From an uncultured Clostridia bacterium (lineage in GTDB: Bacteria > Bacillota > Clostridia > Christensenellales > CAG-917), in the NCBI GenBank assembly GCA_947624885.1, contig CANQMD010000001.1, forward strand, positions 1 through 51,469: a DNA stretch of 51,469 bases, written 5' to 3'. The notes under the pieces were generated by a model, which saw nothing but the letters and a program-made list of their open reading frames with translations, was not told the DNA's origin and did no database searches. Within the stretch, counting starts at the first letter, position 1. Each line of letters starts with the position of its first letter. Shown in pieces: positions 35,928 through 43,504 of this stretch. The translations under genes and the position numbers were made by a program.

Positions 35928-36141
35928 AGCCCGCGCCCCCAAGCGCAAAAATCGCCGAGCCATGACGAGCGTCTTGTACTGCTTCTTGTCTAAAATTTAT
36001 AATCACCAAAGTGTGTCCGAGCAAGAATGGGGTCCCCACAAAATTACGTAGTGATTTTGTGGGGTAATGTCGCGGAGTAGCTTCAAAATTGCGGTGCGCC
36101 CTTAACGCTTTCCTCAGAAAACCGGCGGGCGCTGAGCAATT
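35928..36141 (+). repeat. 214-bp direct repeat, copy A
   Basis: Near-identical to 36225-36439, with only a handful of substitutions seen by eye. Runs from CAGCCCGC..CCCCCAAGC[G/A]CAAAAATCGCCGAGCCATGACGAGCG.. to ..AAAACCGGCGGGCGCTGAGCAATT. Confidence 0.9.
36034..36064. repeat. Hairpin (14-bp stem incl. one G:U, 3-nt loop) inside repeat copy A
   Basis: CCCCACAAAATTAC-gta-GTGATTTTGTGGGG. Confidence 0.88.
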
Positions 36142-36148
36142 CTCTCAT

Positions 36149-36186
36149 GTCATTCTGAGCGTAGTCGAAGAATCCCCATTGCAGAG
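36149..36186 (+). repeat. GTCATTCTGAGCG-type dispersed motif, copy 3
   Basis: GTCATTCTGAGCGTAGTCGAAGAATCCCCATTGCAGAG, preceded by GCTGAGCAATTCTCTC. Confidence 0.85.
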
Positions 36187-36224
36187 GCACGGCGCAAGTT
36201 CCTCGCTACAAAACAAGCGGGCGG

Positions 36225-36439
36225 CAGCCCGCACCCCCAAGCACAAAAATCGCCGAGCCATGACGAGCGTCTTGTACTGCTTCTTGCCTAAAATTTATAA
36301 TCACCAAAGTGTGTCCGTGCAAGAATGGGGTCCCCACAAAATTACGTAGTGATTTTGTGGGGTAATGTCGCGGAGCAGCTTCAAAATTGCGGTGCGCCCT
36401 TAACGCTTTCCTCAGAAAACCGGCGGGCGCTGAGCAATT
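36225..36439 (+). repeat. 214-bp direct repeat, copy B
   Basis: See copy A. The offset between copies is 297-298 nt. Confidence 0.9.
36332..36362. repeat. Hairpin inside repeat copy B
   Basis: CCCCACAAAATTAC-gta-GTGATTTTGTGGGG, identical to the hairpin at 36034-36064. Confidence 0.88.
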
Positions 36440-36451
36440 TTGAAGCGGATA

Positions 36452-36480
36452 TTGACTTACTATTTTTGCGTTGGTATAAT
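36452..36480 (+). promoter_or_regulatory. Candidate sigma-A promoter for the alpha-galactosidase gene
   Basis: TTGACT (36452-36457), 17 nt, TATAAT (36475-36480). Confidence 0.65.
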
Positions 36481-36517
36481 TGATCTATACGAACAAAAAC
36501 GATTTGGAGAGGTTTTT

Positions 36518-38143
36518 ATGAAGAGAAACGGAATGTGTCCTATGTGCTATCTCAAGCAGCTGTTCACGGCGAGCAAGCCGACGAGCGTCAAGCCACAGCT
36601 TGAGGATTTTGAAAACGGCGTAGCAAAAACGCCGCCGATGGGGTGGTCCAGCTGGAACACCTTCCACAACCTCATCGACGAGAACATGATCTACGAGATG
36701 GCGCAGGCGCTCAAAGCGCAGGGGCTTGACAAAGCTGGCTATGTCTACGTCAATATGGACGACAATTGGCAATCCAGCCAGCGTAGCCTCGGCGGCGATC
36801 TTGTGGGCGACCGCGAAACATTTCCGCACGGCATACCCGCGTTGGTCAAAAAGATCAACGATCTTGGGCTGAAACTTGGCACATACACCTCAAACGGCAC
36901 CTACACCTGCGAGGATCTGCCCGCGTCGCTCGGCAGGGAGCGGCAGGACGCGTATCGCCTTGCCTCCTGGGGAATAGAGTATTTCAAATACGACTTTTGC
37001 CATCACAAATACATATCTGTGTACGCGCCTCTCGTCTACAGCGTGAGCGTGTCGCACTTTGACGGCGTATCCACCGAGTACACCGTGCAAAACGCGCGGC
37101 TGAGCGGACTTGCCCGCTACATGACGGACAAAAAACTTCCCGCGGGCTGCTACGTCGGCGGATTGGACAAAAACCTTGGCAAACTCACCTACGACAACAT
37201 CGAGGCGCCCGAAGACGGCGACTATGTGCTCACCGTCAACATCAAAAAGTACGGCAATTATGAAAAATATCTCATTGTTCGCGTCAACGACGACAAGGAG
37301 TACGAGATCGACTTTCCCCCGCAAAAAAAGTTCAATCTCACGGCGCGTTTCCAGACGATCGTGACTCTCAAAGCGGGCAAAAACAAGGTCGAGTTGTTCA
37401 ACCCCGTGGCGTGCAAAGCGGACAGCGAGATGTATCAATATCGCCGCATGGGCAAGGCGCTCAAGGAGGGCGCGGAGGCGGTCGCGCAGGAAACGGGCGC
37501 ACCCGTCAAACCCATTGTGTATTCCATCTGCGAGTGGGGCTGGGGCAAGCCGTACAATTGGGGCGCGAAGGCGGGCAACCTGTGGCGCACAACGCCGGAC
37601 ATTCGCCCATGGTGGTGGTGGATCAAGATGATCTACGAGCACAACGTCAAACTTTACAAATATGCCTCCGTCGGGCACTACAACGACCCCGATATGCTTG
37701 AAGTCGGCAACGGGGATCTGTCCTACAATCAAAACGTTTCGCACTTTTCATTGTGGTGCATGATGAACTCCCCTCTCATTCTCGGCAACGACCTGCGCAC
37801 AATGAGCGAACAAGTCAAAGCGATCGTCACCAACAAAAACCTCATCGCCATCAACCAAGACCCGCTATGCAAACAAGCCAAGCGCGTCAAAAAGGGCGCC
37901 GTGGACGTGTTGGCAAAGACCCTCGCTGACGGCACGACGGCGATCGCGTTTTTCAACAAGACGGGCTCAAACAAAAAAGCGAGTTTCGATCTCGCCAAAC
38001 TTGCCGACGACAAATATCTTGATTTCACCAAGCGGCAGACCTATCGCCTTGAGGAGCAATGGAGCGGCGAAACGCTCGATTGCGACGGCAAGCTCCGCCT
38101 CTCTCTTGAAAAGCATCAAACCAAAGTTTACATCATCAAGTGA
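36518..38143 (+). CDS. Glycoside hydrolase family 27 alpha-galactosidase / alpha-N-acetylgalactosaminidase-like enzyme
   Basis: Start at MKRNGMCPM with GGAGAGG upstream. GH27 N-terminal signature TPPMGWSSWNTF..YVYVNMDDNWQ, then FKYDFCH, CEWGW and DPDMLEVGN. I saw no signal peptide. 541 aa. Confidence 0.88.
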   Translation: MKRNGMCPMCYLKQLFTASKPTSVKPQLEDFENGVAKTPPMGWSSWNTFHNLIDENMIYEMAQALKAQGLDKAGYVYVNMDDNWQSSQRSLGGDLVGDRETFPHGIPALVKKINDLGLKLGTYTSNGTYTCEDLPASLGRERQDAYRLASWGIEYFKYDFCHHKYISVYAPLVYSVSVSHFDGVSTEYTVQNARLSGLARYMTDKKLPAGCYVGGLDKNLGKLTYDNIEAPEDGDYVLTVNIKKYGNYEKYLIVRVNDDKEYEIDFPPQKKFNLTARFQTIVTLKAGKNKVELFNPVACKADSEMYQYRRMGKALKEGAEAVAQETGAPVKPIVYSICEWGWGKPYNWGAKAGNLWRTTPDIRPWWWWIKMIYEHNVKLYKYASVGHYNDPDMLEVGNGDLSYNQNVSHFSLWCMMNSPLILGNDLRTMSEQVKAIVTNKNLIAINQDPLCKQAKRVKKGAVDVLAKTLADGTTAIAFFNKTGSNKKASFDLAKLADDKYLDFTKRQTYRLEEQWSGETLDCDGKLRLSLEKHQTKVYIIK

Positions 38144-38161
38144 CAAATCAAGCACTTCATC

Positions 38162-38659
38162 ATGCAAAATCGACACGTAAAACACCCGTTTGGTCCTGTC
38201 ATAACAAAAGAGGCGCGCGTCCTCATCTTGGGGAGCGTGCCTTCTTTGAAGTCTGTCGAGCACGGGTTTTATTATATGCACCCGCAAAACCGATTTTGGA
38301 AAGTGCTTGAAATTTTGCTTGAGGAGCCGCTGTACTCCGTTCCCATTTCTCAGCGGATCTCCACTCTCAACCGCCGCAAGATCGCCCTTTACGACAGCGT
38401 GGAGGAGTGCGACATCCTTGGCAGCAGCGACAGTTCTATCTCCGACATAATTCCAGCGGATCTGCCTTCGCTGATAGGACCCACCCACGTCGCGCACATC
38501 TTCTGCAACGGCGGCGCGGCCTATCTTTACGCAAGCAAATATCATGCCGATCTTTCGCCCATCATGACCAAACTTCCCTCCACCTCACCCGCAAACGCCG
38601 CCTATTCTCTCGACAGGCTCTGCGCGGAGTGGAAAGTCATTCTCGATTGGCTTGACTGA
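38162..38659 (+). CDS. DNA-deoxyinosine (hypoxanthine) glycosylase, UDG family 6-like
   Basis: 165 aa. HPFGPVITKEARVLILGSVPSLKSVEHGFYYMHPQNRFWKVL followed by ALYDSVEECDILGSSDSSI matches the conserved blocks I recall for this family. Confidence 0.72.
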   Translation: MQNRHVKHPFGPVITKEARVLILGSVPSLKSVEHGFYYMHPQNRFWKVLEILLEEPLYSVPISQRISTLNRRKIALYDSVEECDILGSSDSSISDIIPADLPSLIGPTHVAHIFCNGGAAYLYASKYHADLSPIMTKLPSTSPANAAYSLDRLCAEWKVILDWLD

Positions 38660-38670
38660 CCGTCCGAGCG

Positions 38671-39924
38671 TTAATTGCGGTGCGTTCTGCCAAGGCGCAC
38701 GTTGTCGCTTGTGCGGTCGCGCAAGGACGGTACGGGGTTTTCGGCGTGTTCGGCGCGGTAGTCCATTCCCGTACGGTCGATATGCGCCCTGATCACCTGG
38801 TGGCTGGGCAGCATTTTTTCGTTTGGCATGACAAGTTTTTGATATCCGAAAAAGTCCGCGTCGTCGTTAAGCTGATTGACGTTGATATATCCCTCGCGCA
38901 GCGCGGTATTTTCCACAGTTTGCTCCAGCACTTTTCTGATATACTCTTCCTGCGGCGAAAATTGGATCAATTCCGGAAATTCCCCGTTTGGGATCACTTC
39001 CTGCCACTCCTTTCTGCCGTATTGTTTGAGCGCGTCCGCGGCGATATGCAGGTGGGCGATCTCCTGAAGCAGGCACTGCTCCCACAGCTTTTTTATTTTT
39101 TTGTCCTTCTCGTCGCGATAGCACGAGTAGTACAAATAACATTCCGTATATTCGTGATTCAGCCAGCACTCCAGCCACCCCTCGCTCACGTCCATAAGCG
39201 AGCCGTATTGGGTGACATGCTCCTCCTCGACCAACGCGATCTCCTGGTAAAGTCTGCGGCCGAGGTCGCTCTCGTAGAACGCGCACTGATTCATATAGTA
39301 GTTCATGGTCTGTTGTTCTGCGGCGGTGATGATGGCAACGTCCAGCTTGGTGATGGGCGCGCACTTTTTGAAGTTGACGGGCTTGCGGATCTCGTCATAG
39401 GGATGGCGATGATGCGCGACCGTCGGGCGACCGGGGGTGATCTCGGTGTATCCGCCCACCAGCTTATCCGCCTGCACGCCATGCTCCATATCCAGCAGAT
39501 CCGCATAGCGATACAGATGATCGAAGTCCTCCAACAGCGCAAAATCCAGCGCCGCCTTGACGTGCTTGTCAGGCTCGCGTTGCGCTAGGATTGCGGTGAG
39601 TTCCACAGCCAGCTGCTCATAGGCGATCGTGGTTTCCAGCACGGTTTCGTCCTTGGGTTTGAGGCAGGCTATCTTTTTTTGTTGCTGTTGCTCGCTGCGG
39701 CGCACAAATTCAAGCTGTCTGCGCAGGTTGTTGTCCTTGCAGTGGCGCGAAAATTGATGCGAGTACCACACCGCTTCATATTCGGTGCCGTTCATCAGGA
39801 TGATCCTCGTCTTGGTGAAGGGGTCCGCGCAGTCTTTGAGGTAGCTTTCGGGGTAGAGCGATTTGAAGTCCAAAAACAGCTTTTCACTCTTTTCGGGGGT
39901 TTCGTTGAATGGATTGAATGACAT
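38671..39924 (-). CDS. Ferritin-like (putative diiron) domain protein, unknown function
   Basis: Start at MSFNPFNE with AAGGAGA upstream. 417 aa, helical, with ExxH-type motifs VEEEHVTQY and LQEIAHLHI plus LEDFDHLY. Confidence 0.65.
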   Translation of the reverse strand: MSFNPFNETPEKSEKLFLDFKSLYPESYLKDCADPFTKTRIILMNGTEYEAVWYSHQFSRHCKDNNLRRQLEFVRRSEQQQQKKIACLKPKDETVLETTIAYEQLAVELTAILAQREPDKHVKAALDFALLEDFDHLYRYADLLDMEHGVQADKLVGGYTEITPGRPTVAHHRHPYDEIRKPVNFKKCAPITKLDVAIITAAEQQTMNYYMNQCAFYESDLGRRLYQEIALVEEEHVTQYGSLMDVSEGWLECWLNHEYTECYLYYSCYRDEKDKKIKKLWEQCLLQEIAHLHIAADALKQYGRKEWQEVIPNGEFPELIQFSPQEEYIRKVLEQTVENTALREGYINVNQLNDDADFFGYQKLVMPNEKMLPSHQVIRAHIDRTGMDYRAEHAENPVPSLRDRTSDNVRLGRTHRN

Positions 39925-40016
39925 GATTTTTCTCCTTTGCAATGATTATTCTCAACCGTTCTCGGTTTTAAACGGCGCATTTCGGCGATTTTTTGAACAA
40001 GTGTCAAAAAAATATG

Positions 40017-40045
40017 TTGCGCCTGCAGGCGTGTTGTGATAAAAT
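40017..40045 (+). promoter_or_regulatory. Candidate promoter for the DUF2804 gene
   Basis: TTGCGC (40017-40022), 17 nt, TAAAAT (40040-40045) with TG at -15/-14. Confidence 0.4.
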
Positions 40046-40102
40046 TATACCAACAAAAAATATAATGACGGCGGCGCAGAAGTTCGCCGTCGGGGAGAAA
40101 TT

Positions 40103-41215
40103 ATGAGCGAGTTTGAACAAACCGAAACCGCCGCAAGCAACATCCACCCCACGCGCACTCCCGCCGCAACTCCGCAGAGCATAGTTGAGGACGGCAAAGT
40201 GCATTTCGGCACATTCGATCAACCGTGGCAAAACCTCAATCTGCTTGACGCAGACAAGCCGTGCGGGCCTCGCATGCCGGACTTCCTCAAAAAGAGCAGG
40301 CTGACGGAGTGGGAAGCGTTTGAAGTGTGCATGGACGAGGGCGCGTTGATCAGCGCGGTGTACAAGATAGGCGCGATCCGTTTTTCCATCTTCGTGTGGT
40401 ACGACAAAAACGAAAACAAAATTTACAGCTGGCGCAACATCGCGCCCAAAAAGCGCGTGCACGTCGCCTCTCAGCTTATAAGCGACAGTTGCTATTGCAA
40501 AACCAAGCGCAGCGAGTACACGATCGAAAACGATTTTGCAAACGGCAAAGCCAAAGCCAAGGGCTACACCAAAGGCAAAAACGGCGAGTTTTCCATCGAC
40601 ATGAGTTTTGAGCGCATCTCCCCTCTTGCCAACGGAGTCATGCCGCTTGCCAAAAACAAGGACGGCACCTTCCGCAACGCGCTTTACAGCGAGAAGGACT
40701 TTTTCAAAGCGACGGGCGACATCACCATCAACGGCCGCAGCTACCGCACCAACGAGCGTTCCGTCGGCATCATAGACGACCACAAGGGCTTCTATCCCTT
40801 CCACGCGCACTACGATTGGCTTACCGCCATGGGCAAGACGGACATTGACGGCGAAAGCAAATATTTCGCGTTCAATCTCACGCGCAACCAATCCGTAGAT
40901 CAGGAGCAGTACAACGAAAACGTCATTTGGCTTGAGGGCGAATCCTTCCCGATGCCCCCCGTTGTGTTCTCTCACAAGGACGGCAAAAAGAAGGCGACCG
41001 AGTGGCACGTCACGGACGAGGCGGGCAACGGCGTTGTGGACGTCACGTTCACCATCGAACGTGTGTTCTACATGCCCATTCACGCGCTCGTGATCAACTG
41101 CTATTACGCCCTTCCCTACGGCACCCTCAAAGGCTATGTTTCCGACCCGAACGGCAAAAAATATTATGTTGACGGCATGATCGGCATCGGCGAGGACAAA
41201 ACCACCCGCATGTGA
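40103..41215 (+). CDS. DUF2804-like protein
   Basis: 370 aa with GGGGAGA RBS. The N-terminal block ..DFLKKSRLTEWEAFEV.. and the overall size fit my recollection of DUF2804. The opposite-strand 411-aa ORF is Arg/Gly/Val-rich shadow. Confidence 0.6.
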   Translation: MSEFEQTETAASNIHPTRTPAATPQSIVEDGKVHFGTFDQPWQNLNLLDADKPCGPRMPDFLKKSRLTEWEAFEVCMDEGALISAVYKIGAIRFSIFVWYDKNENKIYSWRNIAPKKRVHVASQLISDSCYCKTKRSEYTIENDFANGKAKAKGYTKGKNGEFSIDMSFERISPLANGVMPLAKNKDGTFRNALYSEKDFFKATGDITINGRSYRTNERSVGIIDDHKGFYPFHAHYDWLTAMGKTDIDGESKYFAFNLTRNQSVDQEQYNENVIWLEGESFPMPPVVFSHKDGKKKATEWHVTDEAGNGVVDVTFTIERVFYMPIHALVINCYYALPYGTLKGYVSDPNGKKYYVDGMIGIGEDKTTRM

Positions 41216-41245
41216 CCTCAACAAAAACATTCGGCGCATATCGTC

Positions 41246-41275
41246 AAAAAGGCAAGGTTTTCACCTCGCCTTTTT
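41246..41275 (+). terminator. Candidate intrinsic terminator after the DUF2804 gene
   Basis: AAAAA-GGCAAGG-ttttca-CCTCGCC-TTTTT, with one mismatch in a 7-bp stem. Confidence 0.5.
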
Positions 41276-41343
41276 CATATCCGCGCATTTGCTCTTTTTG
41301 CGCGGTTTTTCGCCAAAACTCCCGCAAAAACGCCGCTTTCAAG

Positions 41344-41378
41344 CAAAAACAGTCGCCCAAAACAAATTGAGCGACTGT
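41344..41378 (-). terminator. Intrinsic terminator ending the AAA+/small-protein operon
   Basis: Minus strand reads ACAGTCGC-(14-nt loop)-GCGACTGT followed by TTTTT. It begins 28 nt after the stop at 41406. Confidence 0.65.
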
Positions 41379-41405
41379 TTCAAATCTTTCATACAAATTT
41401 AGGCG

Positions 41406-41867
41406 CTATAAATTTTTTGTTATGTCTTTGGGGTCCAGTTTCCCCTGGTTGACAAGCGCCAGTCTGCCGTTGTATCTGTCCACGGTTTGGCAGGCGATGT
41501 TAAACATAAAATCCACAACTCCCGTCGAAATATTGCACCCGCGATATGACGTAGTGATCCTGAATTTCACTCTGCCGTCGCGCACGTCGCAATCGAAGTT
41601 GCCGTCCGCGAGGTGGTAGTTGATATAGCAGACCGCAAGAGCGCCGTTTGATCTCTGCTCTTCGCAAAATTTGAATGGCAACGTGCAGTCAAAGATGATG
41701 ATGTCGGATTTTTCGTACAGCCACAGTTTGAATTCCATGGAAAAATCCTTTCCGCTCATGGTGATCCTCACTGTCAATTTCTCCACGTCCTTCACGTAGT
41801 TGAAGTGATGGCTGTCAAGCATATCGCATATGGTCTTGAAAACGTCAAGCGCTTTTTTGTCCGCCAT
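41406..41867 (-). CDS. Small acidic YbjN/secretion-chaperone-like protein, subtype B, copy 1
   Basis: 153 aa from MADKKALDV; AAGGAGGA lies 6 nt upstream, inside the end of the preceding gene. Shares the core ..LPFKF..A-AVC-IN..LADG-FD-D-RDG...F-[IL]T-SY...DRYN.. with 42504-42965. Confidence 0.8.
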   Translation of the reverse strand: MADKKALDVFKTICDMLDSHHFNYVKDVEKLTVRITMSGKDFSMEFKLWLYEKSDIIIFDCTLPFKFCEEQRSNGALAVCYINYHLADGNFDCDVRDGRVKFRITTSYRGCNISTGVVDFMFNIACQTVDRYNGRLALVNQGKLDPKDITKNL

Positions 41868-41869
41868 AG

Positions 41870-42358
41870 TCAATCCTCCTTGTTAAAGATGATCTTCTGC
41901 ATCTCGTCGGTCGAAACCTTCCTGTCCACGATATCCTTAAACTTGTCGTTGTATTTGTCCGTGGTCACGCAAGCGCACATCAACAGATATTCCAGCGACT
42001 CCTTTGAGAACGCGCCGTCCCTGTACGAAGATGTGATCCTGTACAGAATGTTGCCGTTTTCCACGTTGTAGTCAAAACTTCCGTCCACAATGCAGAGATT
42101 GGCAGCGGTGACCGCCACCGCCATAGGTTTGCGCATATCCTCCGGCACATCGAACGGCATAGGCGAAAGCAGCAGAATGATATGCAAGTTCTCATCGAAA
42201 CTTATCCTGACGGGGATCACCAGATCGTCGCCCTTCGCGTTCAGCGATATGGTGAGTTGTTGCGCGTCTTTATTGTACTTCCACGCATGCTCGTCAAGGT
42301 ATTCGCAAAAAGCGTCAAACACCTTGCGCGCGCCTGTGGCATTCTGTTCTGTCGGCAT
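41870..42358 (-). CDS. Small acidic YbjN/secretion-chaperone-like protein, subtype A, copy 1
   Basis: 162 aa with GAGGAGG RBS. Core ..KGDDLVIPVRI..PMPFDVPE..AVAVTAANLCIVDGSFDYNVENGNILYRITSSY..DKYNDKF... About half the positions look identical to 42971-43468 by eye. Confidence 0.8.
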   Translation of the reverse strand: MPTEQNATGARKVFDAFCEYLDEHAWKYNKDAQQLTISLNAKGDDLVIPVRISFDENLHIILLLSPMPFDVPEDMRKPMAVAVTAANLCIVDGSFDYNVENGNILYRITSSYRDGAFSKESLEYLLMCACVTTDKYNDKFKDIVDRKVSTDEMQKIIFNKED

Positions 42359-42503
42359 AATATCCTCCTCTTTTTATTCTCCAACGGTTGCGATAGGCAC
42401 CCGCAAGATCATATCAAACATCTTTGCAAAAATGCCCGCCTCGCTTCAGCGCAAAACGAGCGCGTTGCGTCCTTCGCCCCGCGCCCGTTCAGGCAATATA
42501 CGC

Positions 42504-42965
42504 TCATTCCTCCACAACTTCAAACGGATTCAGTAGCCCTTCGTTGACAAGCACCAACCTGTCGTTGTATCTGTCGACGATCATGCACGCCATCGCAAAC
42601 ATATAGTTCAGCGCGTCCTTTGACAGCAAGCTGTCCATATACGAGGAGGTCAGCTTGAATGACAGTTCGCCATCTCTGATGTCCAGATCGAAGCTGCCGT
42701 CCGCAAGCGAAAAGTTGATGAGGCACACCGCAATCGCGCCCGCGACGATCGAATCCTCCTTAAACTTGAACGGGAGCAGCGACGTGTACACCACCAGCTG
42801 TCTTTCCGCGTCGATCTCAAGTTTGAAATCCATGCCGATATCGTGACCGCTCATGGTGATCTTCACGCTAAGGTTTTCGTCGTCTTTTTCAAAATGGAAA
42901 TTGTTGTCCGTCAGCATTTCCAAAAGCGCCGCGTAAACGTTTTTTGCTTCTTTGATGTTTTCCAT
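42504..42965 (-). CDS. Small acidic YbjN/secretion-chaperone-like protein, subtype B, copy 2
   Basis: Start at MENIKEAKNVY (ATG at 42965), with GGAGGAGGAG upstream overlapping the stop of the preceding gene; the ORF-track N-terminal extension is Arg/Gly junk. 153 aa. Confidence 0.8.
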   Translation of the reverse strand: MENIKEAKNVYAALLEMLTDNNFHFEKDDENLSVKITMSGHDIGMDFKLEIDAERQLVVYTSLLPFKFKEDSIVAGAIAVCLINFSLADGSFDLDIRDGELSFKLTSSYMDSLLSKDALNYMFAMACMIVDRYNDRLVLVNEGLLNPFEVVEE

Positions 42966-42970
42966 AATTT

Positions 42971-43468
42971 TCACTCCTCCTCCGGCTCTTCGTAGATCAT
43001 TGCAACGATCTCGCCGACGGTCATATCTTCCTCCGCCAATTTCTGGAACTTGTCGTTGTATCTGTCCGCGGTTATTGCGGCGCACATCAACAGATAGTCC
43101 ACCAAATCCTTTCCTATGATGCTGTTGCGGTAGCTTGACGTGATCCTGAAGACAATTTCGCCATCTTTCACGGCGTAGTCGAAGCTGCCGTCCGCGATGC
43201 AGTAGTTTGCCGCCGTGACTGCCAAGGTCATTGCGATCCTCTTCTCTTCCGGCACAACAAACGGAATGCCCGAAAACACCGAGATTATCTGCATAGCGGG
43301 GTCGACCGCTATTTTGAGCGGGATCAACAGATCGTCGCCCTTCGTGGCGAGGATCACTTTCAGTTCATCCTCTTCCTTTTGATACTTCAGATCGCGCGAA
43401 TCGAGGTATTCGCAAACGGTGTCAAAAACGGCTTGCGCCTGTTTGAGGTCGTCTTTTCCTGTTGCCAT
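42971..43468 (-). CDS. Small acidic YbjN/secretion-chaperone-like protein, subtype A, copy 2
   Basis: 165 aa with AAGGAGA RBS. It starts 36 nt after the AAA+ stop. Core ..KGDDLLIPLKI..GIPFVVPE..TLAVTAANYCIADGSFDYAVKDGEIVFRITSSY..DRYNDKF.. Confidence 0.8.
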   Translation of the reverse strand: MATGKDDLKQAQAVFDTVCEYLDSRDLKYQKEEDELKVILATKGDDLLIPLKIAVDPAMQIISVFSGIPFVVPEEKRIAMTLAVTAANYCIADGSFDYAVKDGEIVFRITSSYRNSIIGKDLVDYLLMCAAITADRYNDKFQKLAEEDMTVGEIVAMIYEEPEEE

Positions 43469-43504
43469 AAATTTCTCCTTTTTGTTTATTTTTATTTTAT
43501 TTCA

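Noticed and set aside
35713-36349. 112-aa and 86-aa plus-strand ORFs (..VILSVVEESPLQR..RRAMTSVLYCFL.KIYNHQSVS.QEWGPHKIT) within the repeat array
   Set aside because: They exist only because the DNA repeat is duplicated. They have no RBS, they end inside the hairpins, and the VILS..EES-type peptide is a known artefact of the GTCATTCTGAGCG motif.
35596-36439. CRISPR array interpretation of the repeat region
   Set aside because: The units are ~300-410 nt rather than 25-40-nt repeats with unique spacers. There are only two or three units, and no cas genes are nearby.
19885-36439. Calling the tRNA-Arg to repeat-array segment a bona fide integrated mobile element
   Set aside because: I found no integrase, recombinase, transposase or conjugation genes, and no direct repeat of the tRNA 3' end. 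I report it only as an accessory region with an insertion scar.
40004-41239. 411-aa minus-strand ORF across the DUF2804 gene
   Set aside because: The translation is a Val/Arg/Gly/Ala-rich shadow. The plus-strand ORF has an RBS, a candidate promoter, a terminator and family-like motifs.
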